Origin: Octopus sinensis
Lineage: Eukaryota
NCBI RefSeq assembly: GCF_006345805.1
Contig: NC_042998.1
Span: 137,888,001 to 137,952,000, forward strand
Direction: 5' to 3'
DNA: 64,000 bases
Each line of letters starts with the position of its first letter. The first letter of the stretch is position 1. The notes under the pieces were generated by a model. The model worked only from the letters and a program-made list of their open reading frames with translations, made no database searches and had not been told where the DNA came from. Shown piece after piece: positions 52,662-64,000 of the stretch. A program made the position numbers and the translations under genes.

Positions 52662-53527
52662 TAACAAATCTTTTAATTCACTTTTTGTAGTGAGTGAATT
52701 TGAGTGACTGACAGAAAAGGAGAGAGAGGTTATGTATGTATGGCTTCAGTGACACACACACACACACACACGCACGCTGGTTGTTATGTATGTATGTATG
52801 TATGTATGTATGTATGTATGTATGTATGTATATAAGTATGTATGCGTGTGTGTGAATGGCTTCAGTGACACACACACACAAAAACACATACCTACGTACA
52901 CCTATTGCATACCTTTTTTGTACGTATACATGTGCGCGTAAGGGAGGGAGAGGGAAAGAGAGAGAGAGCGAGAGAACGAGAGAGAAAAGGTATATTTTTT
53001 TTGTTTTTGCTTGTTTGCATGTATGTTTAAATTTAGCAGCAGGGACAAATTTGTAACACTCACACACATACACACACACACAGAGACGGAACGCCAACTT
53101 CAAAAGAACTTCCTCGATCCAATCGCGCTCTCTCTGTCTCGCTTTTACGCCGACTTGAAAAGATACCCTTCCCCCACCCCACATATATAAAAAATAAAAA
53201 AAATTTACGGAAAGCGACGATTTTCTTGAAATGTAAACAAAAGCACGTGTTCGAGTTTGACAGTAACGGTACTCATACCGTAATTTAGCCGGTTTTGTTT
53301 GTTTAATTGCTGATTAAAAATGGCTCTAACTCCTTGTAATGTGTTTTCATCTTAACATTCAGTCTTATCAAACAAGTGTCGCTACTGTGTAAGCGTGTGT
53401 GTGTGTATATACATACATACATACATACATACATACATACATACATTACATATGTATTATATATGAGCGTCAAATTAATACACTTGCCTGTTGTTCCTAC
53501 ACCTGCCTTTGTTTTTCTATAAATTTG

Positions 53528-53562
<35 letters not shown>

Positions 53563-54195
53563 TATATATAATCATCATCATTTAACGTCCTTTTTTCCAA
53601 GCTGGCATGGGTTGGATATATACGCGCGCGCACGCACACGTATGTATGTTTTTAGTGACAAGAAGAAATAAAAATCGGATGTTGGAAAAACCCAAATAAA
53701 ATAATTAAAAAAGAAAAAAGAAAAAGTTACAGACAAAAGTAACAAACAAAAGAAAAAAAATAAAAACAAACAAACGTTAGTATTAGTGAATTTTTGCTTG
53801 AAACTTGAAATGGCGATGTTAGATGTAATACTGAATCCAGTTTGTTCCTTCATTCTACAAATGAACTTTTGAACTTTTCCTGTGTCAATATTTCCTTCAT
53901 TAGCGCTATCATTTACTGTCACTAATATTTAGATCAAGTGTTGCTGTTTATGATATATAAACACCATGAAACGACCAGCGCTTTTTGTTTTAACACTCAC
54001 TTTCAGATGTCAAAGTCAGCCATTGTTTGCGCAGCTAGCAACAACTATAAGTTAAGATAAAGCGATTTAGAAATATTTTTTTCATCATGTTATATGTCTA
54101 GTTAATATAATTAATATAATAAATAATAAATGTAATATAGTTTTACGAATATAGAAATAATATATTTTATAACTTGTTAATGATATCCAGGGATC

Positions 54196-54481
54196 ATGAA
54201 TTATCTTTACATAAATCTGTGGATCATTGTTTGGAATTGTTTAACTTTCTGGAATTTAGCGCAAGGTGAACCAATGTGTGAATATAATCGACAGCTGAAA
54301 GTTTCAGAAGATTCCAATGACTGTGCATTCTACTACAGTTGTTTCAACGGACGAGTTATTGCAAGCCATCGTTGTTCAGGCCGAAAGGTATGGGCGACAA
54401 AACGGCAGAGGTGCGTGCATCCAATTCTAGCAGAGAGGCCAAAATGCAGCTGTCAAAATGAATATTCTCGAAGATGTGCAA
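54196..54481 (+). CDS. Secreted chitin-binding (CBM14/peritrophin-A) protein, first coding exon: signal peptide + domain 1
   Basis: MNYLYINLWIIVWNCLTFWNLAQG is signal-peptide-like. It is followed by C-x14-C-x5-C-x10-C-x12-C-x10-C spacing with aromatic residues (FYYSC, VW). Acceptor ccag| lies at 54190. The donor (GCA A|gtatta) is tentative. Confidence 0.75.
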
Positions 54482-54543
54482 GTATTAACAATACTTATTT
54501 ATGATTTTTTTAACTTTGAAAATTACTGTATTTTAATTTACAG

Positions 54544-54569
54544 ATGACGGACGTGGAAAAAAATTAAAA
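54544..54569 (+). CDS. Possible 26-nt micro-exon of the CBM14 gene (linker (N)DGRGKKLK)
   Basis: Follows a 62-nt AT-rich GT..tttacag intron and converts phase 1 to the phase 0 needed by the next exon. The donor (gtgtct) is weak. Confidence 0.25.
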
Positions 54570-54649
54570 GTGTCTGTCTGTCTACATATACATAAATACA
54601 GAATACACATACTTATACATACATATACATTCACATCCATATATATACG

Positions 54650-54985
54650 TTCTTTTACGTGTTTCAGTCATTTGACTGCGGCCATGCTGGAGCACCGCCT
54701 TTAGTCGAGCAAATCGACCCCAGGACTTATTCTTTGTAAGCCTAGTACTTATTCTATCGACCTCTCTTGCCGAACCGCTAGTTGATGGGGACGTAAGCAC
54801 ACCCGCATGTCAAGTGATGGTTGGGGGACAAACACAGACACAGACAGACACACACACGCGCGCGCGCGCACACACACACACATACGACGGGCTTTTTTCA
54901 GTTTCCGTCTCCCAAATCCACTCGCAAGGCTTTGGTCGGCCCGAAGCTATAGTAGAAGACACTTGCTCAAGGTGCCACGCACCAA
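54650..54985 (-). mobile_element. SINE family C (internal CA microsatellite)
   Basis: gtttcagtcatttgactgcggccatgctggagcaccg...tcagtttccgtct.ccaaatccactc.caaggctttggtcggcccga. Many decayed copies, e.g. 16050-16440, 25095-25340, 32170-32610 and 33620-33990. Confidence 0.7.
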
Positions 54986-55647
54986 CTGTCTTTTCATTAA
55001 TGGTCTGTCAGTTTTAGAGAAATCTTGAATTTCGAGATTATTTACCCTTCGCTTTTGGAGTTGGTACCAAGTGCTACCAAGTGGAGATTATTTCAATAAA
55101 TGAATACTTTATCTTGTATTTACTCTACTTCGTCTTTGTCGTTCAAATACATGCCACTGATCACTCTGAGTCAGTTCCCTTAACTTTTCTCAAACTTTCC
55201 CGTTTGTTCTCTTGACCGTACTAATTTATTTGTTGAACATGATGACAATTATAAACAAAACGGTTGAGAAACTTACTGCAGCAGAGCTGATGACATTCAC
55301 AGAGCCAAACCACCTTACACAATTCTTGTAAAATACTTTAATTTTTGAATATTTTTCTGTATGCATATATATGTTCTTATTTAAGTTTTTTCTTATTAAA
55401 ATTTTCTCGTATCAGACCCTTACAGTTACTAAGCTCATCTTTATCATCAATATTTCTAGGCTATCTGAATCTCCAGCTTCAGATGTGGAGTGTTTATCGC
55501 TTCTGGAATGTATTTCGCTATCCATGTAGCAGCAATCTATTTCATAATCGGAGGGAGTATGGGGCAGAACTTTAGTAGATAATGGAATAGATCGCTGCTG
55601 TATCCCGTATATATTTATATACATACTTATATGCGCATACATACATG

Positions 55648-55682
<35 letters not shown>

Positions 55683-56202
55683 GTATATTCCAAATTAATT
55701 AGTTTTAGCCTATTTTATTACTGATAACCATATTTCATCCCAGTAAATGACCGCAACATCTTGTCTTGGCTACACGCGGGTGGGAAGGGGTTGCTGACAC
55801 ACACTTTCATTCACACTTTGAATTTAGTGATACTGGTAACGGTTTTAGCTCGCTCTGATACTGAGTTGAGATGATGCCTTCTAGTATCTCGAAATTTAAC
55901 ATACAATTATTCATAATTGTAGTGTCCTACGCTGATGAGAGAAGAAGTTGGGTAAGACATAATTATCTAATTCTTATGCTTTCCTAAAATTTAATCTCGA
56001 AACGTACGTCCGTAGGTGACTTAAAATTGTATGATAGATTGCTGTCATTTCTTTCTCTCTTGCCTGTTTGTGTTTGCCTTTCAAGTACTGTAGTTTTACT
56101 GAGATCTCCCTTTTAGTAGAAAGAATAGCTATAACTCGTTGACTGCTATTTCTAAATTCGGTGTGTGGTGAGGCAAATCGTTGCTAAACCCTTAATTACT
56201 TA

Positions 56203-56285
<83 letters not shown>

Positions 56286-56300
56286 CATACACATATATTA

Positions 56301-59300
56301 TGGCTGCCCCCTCGTTATCGAGTATGGCCATTGCACGAAGCTTAACTGTTACTGGTGCTGTGATCGAATGTGACTTTTTAGCCCAGCTAAAGATCTACAA
56401 TGTCTTGTACAAAATTGGCAACTAAAACCTTCACTGGTAATAGCCGGCTGTAGTTGTAACTGGGCTTCATGTACCTTTGCATGTCGTTTAAGTCCTCCTG
56501 CCGAATTACACTCTCTTCCACATGCCCGACAGATATGATTAGTATGGTGTGTTACACCACCACCAGTGGCCAGGTTGTCACTCATCTGTCTCGTTTTATG
56601 ACTACGAAGATGACTCATGAGTCCAGCTTTACTGAGGCAGGGTCTTGTACAGACATTGCATGTCAGAATCAAAGGAAGACCCTTCCCTTCTGGAAGTGTA
56701 ACAGCGATGCCCTTCCTGACATCCCTCCTTACTTTCTTATGTGCAACTCGAGATTTCTCAAAAGTGGCTGTCCCCTCATGCACAATCCTTCTCCACCTGC
56801 TACGATCAATAGCTATGCCTTCCCGTGTGTCAGGAGAGATGCAAGCATCTCTTAAGGAAGCCTTCAGCAAGTCCTTATACCTCTTTTTTGGTTTATGTGG
56901 AGGTCGTTCTCCTTTAGCTAACTCTCCATAAAAGAGTTGTTTTGGCATCCTTGAATCCTTCATTCTGACCAGATGACCACTCCATCTGAGACTTTGCTTT
57001 AACACAAGAGCTTCTATACTTTCACACCGAGAGCCTTCGAGTATTTCAAGATCACTGATGCAGTCCTTCCACTTAATGCCATAGATCCGTCTGAGGCACA
57101 TCTGATGGAAACGTTCCAGTTGTTTAAGGTGGTATCGATATGTGACCCACGTCTCGCAGGCATAGAGAACAGAAGGGAGCACACATGCCTTGTACACCTT
57201 TATCTTTGTCTTTCTGCATGTCACGCCGACTCCAGAGGCGCTTTTCTAGCCTTCCGAAAGCAACACTTGCTTTCCTAATTCTATATGGAATTTCATCATC
57301 CACATTGCCATATCTATTAATAGTGCTTCCCAGGTAGACAAACTGATCGACTACATCAAGTCGTTTACCATTCACATAGATATTTGGTACACTATACTGC
57401 TTACCAGGGACAGGTTGATGCATGACAACAGTTTTCTTGAGATTGACTGTCAATCCTAAGGCAGTGCAAGCATCAGAGAATGCATTCAAAATGTGTTGCA
57501 TATCAATCTCTGCGTGTGCTACTAGCTCACAATCATCAGCATACAAAAGGTCTCTTATGATAGAGGTAAATATCTTTGTTTTTGCAGCAAGGCGCCTGAT
57601 ATTAGATATGCTACCAGAGGTTCGATAATGGACATAAACACCGTATCTGCAGTTTCTGAATGCAATACAGAACACCATCGTGAAATATATGGAAAATAGG
57701 GTCGGTGCCAGAATATCTCCCTGTTTCACTCCATTTTGTATTGAAATGGGCTCCGACATCTTCCCTCTAACATTCACCCTACCATTCATGTCTTCATGAA
57801 AAGACCTAACCAAAGCAAGGAACTTTTCAGGACACCCAAGTTTCTGGAGGACTTTCCACAATGCTTTTCTATTGACGGTATCAAAGGCTTTTGTCAGATC
57901 GACAAAAACCTGATACAAATCCAGACCCTGTTCCACACACTTTTCTTGAAGCTGTCTAGCTGAAAAGATCATATCAGCAGTGCCACGTCCCACACGAAAG
58001 CCAGATTGACTTTCTGGAAGAACACAATCTGCAATGTATTTCAGCAGACGATCCAGAAGTAGCCTGCATAAAACCTTTCCTACAGCAGACAGCAATGATA
58101 CTCCCCTATAATTACCACAACCATTCCTGTTGCCCTTTCCCTTATACAGGACCACCATTACTGCATCTCTCCAGTCCTCAGGTACAGATTCACTTGTCCA
58201 TACCTTACCAAACAAAGAGTGAAGTTTCTGCAGAATTTTCCCACCACCATGCTGTAACAACTCCGCATGTATGCCATCCATACCCAGAGACTTCCCATTA
58301 TTCAACCTTGAGACAACCATTGCAACTTCTTCCAACTTTGGTGGTTCTGAGAGTGCTGCCTTCACAGGCAATCCAGGGATGATATTGAGAACATCCTCAC
58401 TAACTACTAACTGCTGATTCAAAAGTTCATCAAAGTGTTCTTGCCACCTTCGCAGAATTCCTTGTGAATCACGAAGAAGTTCTTTACCATCCCTGCTTCG
58501 AATTGGTGTCATCAGGGAAGACGTCGGTCCATAAACTTCTCGCAAGAGACCATACAACAGCTTTGTGTTATTGGAATCTGATGCCGCCTGTATCTCGTCA
58601 GCCTTCTTACTCCACCACGTATCCCTCATCTGAGAGAGCCTTTGCCTCACACGTGATTTTACGTCCTTGAGTTCCCTATGCAACACTTCCTTTTCCTGTG
58701 ACTTTGCTGACAAATAGCGTGACAAAGTACGTCTTTTATCAGCCAATAAATCATCTATATGTTCATCCTTTTCTTTGAACCAATCTTGATGCTTTCTTTG
58801 TATCAATCCCAGAACTTTCTTGCCTATATCATAAACTGACTTTTTAAGGGTCGGCCAATCCTCCCCAATATCTGCAGCATTCATTTCCTCTCGTAAAGTT
58901 CTCTTCACACTATTATACCTAAGACGATCAACATTCAGTCTTTTAGGCAGGGTCATCCCTGCAGCTCGGATTTTATGCTTTGTGACTAATTTCACTTTTG
59001 CACGTACTAGGCGGTGGTCAGTCCAACACTCAGCTCCACGAAGAACACGAACACACTGCACATCCTGTCTATCACGCACCCTAACTAGGATGTAATCCAG
59101 AAAATGCCATTCTTTCGATGCAGGGTGCATCCATGTAGTCTTAAGCTTATTCTTTTGTTGAAATATGGTATTGGTAACACACATACTCAGCTCCTCACAC
59201 ATCTGCAGCAAAAGCATGCCATTACTATTACACTTCCCCACCCCATGCTTTCCAATTACAGTCCATGTGTTAAAATCCCTACCCACTCTAGCATTAAAGT

Positions 59301-59343
59301 CACCCAGTACGATGACTTTGTCTGCCCGAGGGATATTTCTTAT
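56301..59343 (-). mobile_element. RTE-clade LINE, 5'-truncated, one frameshift; partial APE endonuclease, RT, three C-terminal C2H2 zinc fingers
   Basis: ORFs 57124-59421 and 56349-57224. Motifs: [17 protein letters not shown] (APE); QSGFR.GRGT.D, FVDLTKAFDTV, GVKQG..LAP.LF, LLYADD (RT); YACETW, LRWSGHLVRM, FYGEL; three CxxC-x12-H-x3-4-H motifs. Frameshift near 57216-57221. Confidence 0.93.
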
Positions 59344-59506
59344 ATATATATACATATATATATACATATATAAATATATATATATATATATATACATATA
59401 TAAATATATATACATATACATATATACTTATATAAACATACATATATATATATACGTATATATATACATACGTATATATATATATATATATATATATACG
59501 TATATA

Positions 59507-59560
<54 letters not shown>

Positions 59561-59679
59561 TATATATATACATATACATATATACTTATATAAACATACA
59601 TATATATATACGTATATATATACATACGTATATATATATATATATACGTATATATATATATATACATATATATATATAC

Positions 59680-59725
<46 letters not shown>

Positions 59726-59726
59726 G

Positions 59727-59777
<51 letters not shown>
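59341..59777. repeat. Compound (TA)n-rich array with higher-order repeats; pure (TA)n at 56204-56280 and about 60066-60250
   Basis: Visible directly; the block tatacttatataaacatacatatatata..cgtatatata recurs. Confidence 0.95.
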
Positions 59778-59783
<6 letters not shown>

Positions 59784-60064
59784 ATCACGTGACCGACCAG
59801 GCTATCAGATGTTACTACATATCGCTGGTCCCATTGCGCTTTGCATTGTGTTAGCCTTCAAATGACGCCACACCACTGGCTAAGCGAGAGAAAGTTACGG
59901 CCAAAGAGTACAGCAGGGATCGACATCACCCTCTGCTGGAACCTCGTGGAGCTTTAGGTGTTTTCACTCAATCAATAAACACTCACATCGCCAGGTCTGG
60001 GAATCGAAACCGCGATTCCACGACCGCGACTCCGCTGCCCTAACCACTGGGCCATTGTGCCTCC

Positions 60065-60251
<187 letters not shown>

Positions 60252-60370
60252 CTTAGAATAACTTAGAAAGGTTTTGGCCACAATTGGCCCAGGCCATGTC
60301 TAACTTAATAGCACCACCTGGTAATATATATATATTAAGATATGTAGAAAAATACAAACAGGGACAAGAA

Positions 60371-60420
<50 letters not shown>

Positions 60421-60635
60421 AACAAGGGCAAAAGAAAAAAATTTCTATGCCAATATGCTGAGAATAGACCTTAAATCGTCAATCATCACATTACATAATG
60501 TGGTGATTGACGATTCTATTGGCATAGAAATGTTTTTCTTTTGCCCTTGTTTATAATTTTCGCCTTTAAAGGTATTTTAATATGCTGCCACTTTGATGAA
60601 TTTTTTTTGAAAAAAAAAAATTATCCTATATTAGA

Positions 60636-60715
<80 letters not shown>

Positions 60716-61599
60716 GCACAAATATGAGAGAGAATCCACTATGTGGACGCTCTTACGCTAAAGATAGATCCGCAAGGGTCTCAACCACTAAGAATTGTTC
60801 TCAAGAAAAATTTAGCACACTATGAACGTAGGCGAGCAGGACAAATGAAAAATAACAAAAATATAGATTAACCCCATACAATTGTTTCACTGTTAATAAA
60901 TTATGCAATTTTACTTACATAATTAATCCTCAGATCATCAGTGAGGTACGTCATAAAATATAATTTGTCGAACTGCACGCCAGATATTAACACGAGGTCA
61001 AAAATACGAGCCTATTATATTCACAGTTATATTCAAATGCCCCCGTTCTAGCGCGTTCTGCTCGTATATATATATACATAACATACATACATGCATATCT
61101 TCATTCTGATTCTGTTGTGTCTGGGGAGAGTCATTTTCTTTTTGTGCCTTATTATTTAGCACACTCACTGGTAAAATTTCCACTTATTTCTTGTTTTACT
61201 TGAATCATTCATTTTAATAACGAACTGTATGTAAGAATCTGTGTATCATATTTAAAGCAGATACATCATTGAAAGTCTAATTAACAACCGCCTCGAAATT
61301 GCATCTCTTATAACCGTACAGTGTTAAAATAAATGCAAAAATATATCAGTTGCAGAGAAAAATCTTCCACTGGCGGTGATGACATTGGTGAATGCACGTT
61401 TCTGCCTCTTTGGGCTTTATCTTTTGCAAGTATCTGCAGTACATCTGTAAGAGATACTATCTCGGAACGAATACCGCAGTTAATTAGGCCTTCAGTGATG
61501 TATCTGCTTTAAGTATGATATACAGATTGCTGATTTTAACTAATACTGCTTCTGGTGCACATAACGAAATATATTTATATATTTATATATTAATTACAG

Positions 61600-61915
61600 G
61601 AGCCATGTTATGGCAACAGTTATATAATCTATCGACAGGACCCGAATCAGTGTGGCCGATATCATTTATGCATCCGCAGTAAATCTATGAAAATCCAGTT
61701 TTGTCCTCCGGACCAAACATGGTCGGATGAAGAGCAAAGATGTGAGTTAATTGGCCAGTATCCGGACTCCTGTGTTTCTAACCATTTTCTCATTACGACA
61801 CCAACGTTTGGCTGGACGACGCGATACAAAGGACGTTGGGAATCTCTGTCTGTAACAACGGATATGGTGGAGAGGAGCACCTACAAAACTCCGTCCTCGA
61901 CAAATAAGTACCCAG
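61600..61915 (+). CDS. CBM14 gene, exon with second chitin-binding domain + Thr/Ser-rich linker; gene continues right
   Basis: taattacag|GAG CCA TGT...CCA G|gtaggt = EPCYGNSYIIYRQDPNQCGRYHLCIRSKSMKIQFCPPDQTWSDEEQRCELIGQYPDSC...TTPTFGWTT...STYKTPSSTNKYP. Cys spacing x14,x5,x10,x12,x9. In frame with track ORF 61687-61944. Confidence 0.78.
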
Positions 61916-62160
61916 GTAGGTTTACACTGTGTTATGATATTTAAAATGTGTTGTTTAATTAGAATATGATATCGCATTACATGTTCGTACATCACACACA
62001 CACGCGCACGCACACACACGTACGCACACACACACACGCACGCACACACACCACGCACACCCACACACACGCACATATACACACACACATATATATATAC
62101 ACAGACACTTATATACTTACACACAAGCACACACACATATGTATGAATGTATGTATGTGT

Positions 62161-62524
62161 GGAGGCGTAGAAGCCCAGTGTTTAGGGTAGCAGATTCGCG
62201 GTCGTAGGATCGCAGTTTCGGTTCCCAGACCGGGCGTTGTGTTTATTGAGCGAAAGCATCTAAAGCTCCACGAGACTCCGGCAGGGGGCGGTTGCGAACC
62301 CTGCTATATTTTTTCACCACTACTTTCTTCCTGTTTCTGTGGTATCTGTATTTCAAAGGGCCAGCCATGTCAAACTCTGTATCACGCTGAATCTCCCCCG
62401 AGAACTACGTTAAGGGTATGCGTGTCTGTGGAGTGCTCAGCCACTTGCACGTTAATTTCATGAGCAGGCTGTTCCGTTGATCGGATCAACTGGAACCCTC
62501 GTCGTCGTAACCGACGGAGTGCCA
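62161..62524 (+). mobile_element. tRNA-headed CORE-like SINE (family B), CpG-intact copy
   Basis: tRNA-like head, tgtgtttattgagcgaaagca core, 3' ...ggaaccctcgtcgtcgtaaccgacggagtgcc. Related copies at about 5700-5995, 25975-26200, 26720-27035, 46476-46785, 48555-48880 and 59795-60062. Confidence 0.75.
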
Positions 62525-62610
62525 CAAATTCTGTGTATGTATGTATACATATACAAACAAACGTTATAAACACAAGCGCACATAAACTGACCTGCGTGTA
62601 GACATGCTTG

Positions 62611-63438
62611 GGATCTTTTCTTTTTGTACGGCAGTTTGTAACATAATTTCTAGGTAACTAAAAAATTTTAAACTTCGTATACTGGTAGAATGTGTTTATA
62701 AAACATCATTTTCTCTTGGCTTTATTGAGAAAATTCTATAGGTTGTAACATATTTCGTTTAAAATTTCTTGCATTTCGGCAATTTTAACCAATCAATTAC
62801 CTCCATTGACGTAAATAACATTCTGTGCATAATAAACATGTCCCTCGTTTAAGAAACAGATTGGGTTTATTTACATTTGTGAAAAAAAAAGATACCCTTC
62901 ACCCACCCCTAACCCTAACCCAAACTAGCCCTAAATCTAAAATAGATTGAAATGCAATAGATCGATACAAGGGTTATAATTATGGGTGACAATTTCATAC
63001 GACACCGCTATAAAAAACTTAGCGGTGTCGTATGAAATTGTCACCCATAATTATAACCCTTGTATCGATCTATTGCATTTCAATCTATTTTAGATTTAGG
63101 GTTAGAGTTAGGGTTAGGGGTGGGTTAGGGTTAGGGTTAGGAGTGGGTGAAGGGTATCTTTTTTCTTCACAAATGTAAATAAACCCAATCTGTTTCTTAA
63201 ACGAGGGACATATTCATTAGTCACAGAATGTTATTTACGTCAATGGAGGTAATTGATTGGTTAAAATTGCCGAAATGCAAGAAATTTTAAACGAAATATT
63301 TTACAACCTATAGAATTTTCTCAATAAAGCCAAGAGAAAATGATGTTTTATAAACACATTCTACCAGTATACGAAGTTTAAAATTTTTTAGTTACCTAGA
63401 AATTATGTTACAAACTGCCGTTCAAAAAGAATAGATCC
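62611..63438. mobile_element. 828-bp foldback (palindromic) non-autonomous DNA element with 8-bp TSD CATGCTTG
   Basis: Arms 62611-63010 and 63020-63438 are near-perfect inverted repeats around a 9-nt loop. Termini are GGATC...GATCC. CATGCTTG occurs at 62603-62610 and 63439-63446. Confidence 0.9.
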
Positions 63439-64000
63439 CATGCTTGCCTACATATACATAGATTCAAACACGTGCGTGTACCCACATAAAAACGCACTAA
63501 CACACAAAGGCACGTGCAAATAAATTTACAAATATATGCTTGTAAATGTTAACAAACGTTAATATCGTTGTTCATCTTTTTAACGAAGCGCTGATCACCG
63601 TGCTTGTGCAAACATGCATACTCACAAACGTTCGGGCACATTTGTGCAAATAACTTTCTCTTCTGCTGTTTCTGTCTGCACTTTACCTTTGTTAGACATC
63701 ATGGCTAACATTTTAATATCCACCGTCATCATACGTAACTGGATTTTTTTTGTTCTACATGAAACTCCTTTATGAGTAATGGATTCGTTGGATTAACTTC
63801 TGAAGTAAAGCTGTATAAAGCTAAATACGAAATGAAACTAAAAACTGAAAATAAATTCTAAATTCAAGTCCTTTCACATTTAGTTTTTATTTCTTGCAAA
63901 TTATTAAAATTCTTGGACGTATTCATGTTTTTTGAATATTCTATTGTTTGTGTTAGCTCGTATTTAAAAATAATTTTTGACTACTAGTGCAGTAGTAGTA

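Noticed and set aside
50310-55693. Antisense multi-exon gene from minus-strand open frames (50310-50430, 53775-53920, 55277-55330, 55412-55600)
   Set aside because: There is one good donor-like site, but no recognisable domain and no consistent phase chain. This cannot be supported without transcripts.
62161-62235. tRNA gene (also about 59990-60062)
   Set aside because: The tRNA-like head runs directly into a SINE body seen many times in the window, and there is no intact acceptor stem.
63096-63147. Telomere or chromosome-fusion site
   Set aside because: Only a few imperfect TTAGGG units occur, mirrored in both arms of a TSD-flanked element. They are internal to the transposon.

Overview
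AT-rich, microsatellite- and transposon-dense animal genomic DNA. The SINE, RTE and MITE families look like those of an octopus or other coleoid cephalopod; this is from recall and was not checked. Two host genes lie on the + strand. (1) The last 8 coding exons of a kinesin-13 gene, most likely KIF24 (10825-44077). All junctions are GT-AG and phase-consistent, and the exons sum to 3016 nt (1 nt of a split codon + 1005 codons including the stop). The 5' exons lie left of the window. (2) The start of a secreted protein with at least two CBM14/peritrophin-A chitin-binding domains (54196-61915, open to the right). The rest is a transposon graveyard: tRNA-derived SINEs, RTE LINEs, HERO, CRE and Penelope-like relics, mariner/Tc1/pogo/piggyBac-type elements, Helitrons and many foldback hairpins. 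Four observations stand out. (a) Two divergent RTE LINE copies each end in three C2H2 zinc fingers and each sit in TA/TATG microsatellite at both ends; one is a nearly intact 3 kb copy. (b) An 828-bp near-perfect foldback element has an 8-bp TSD and internal TTAGGG arrays. (c) CpG decay drops sharply just downstream of KIF24. (d) A ~120-bp-arm hairpin lies 90 nt after the KIF24 P-loop exon. All alignments and coordinates were made by eye; repeat boundaries may be off by several bases.
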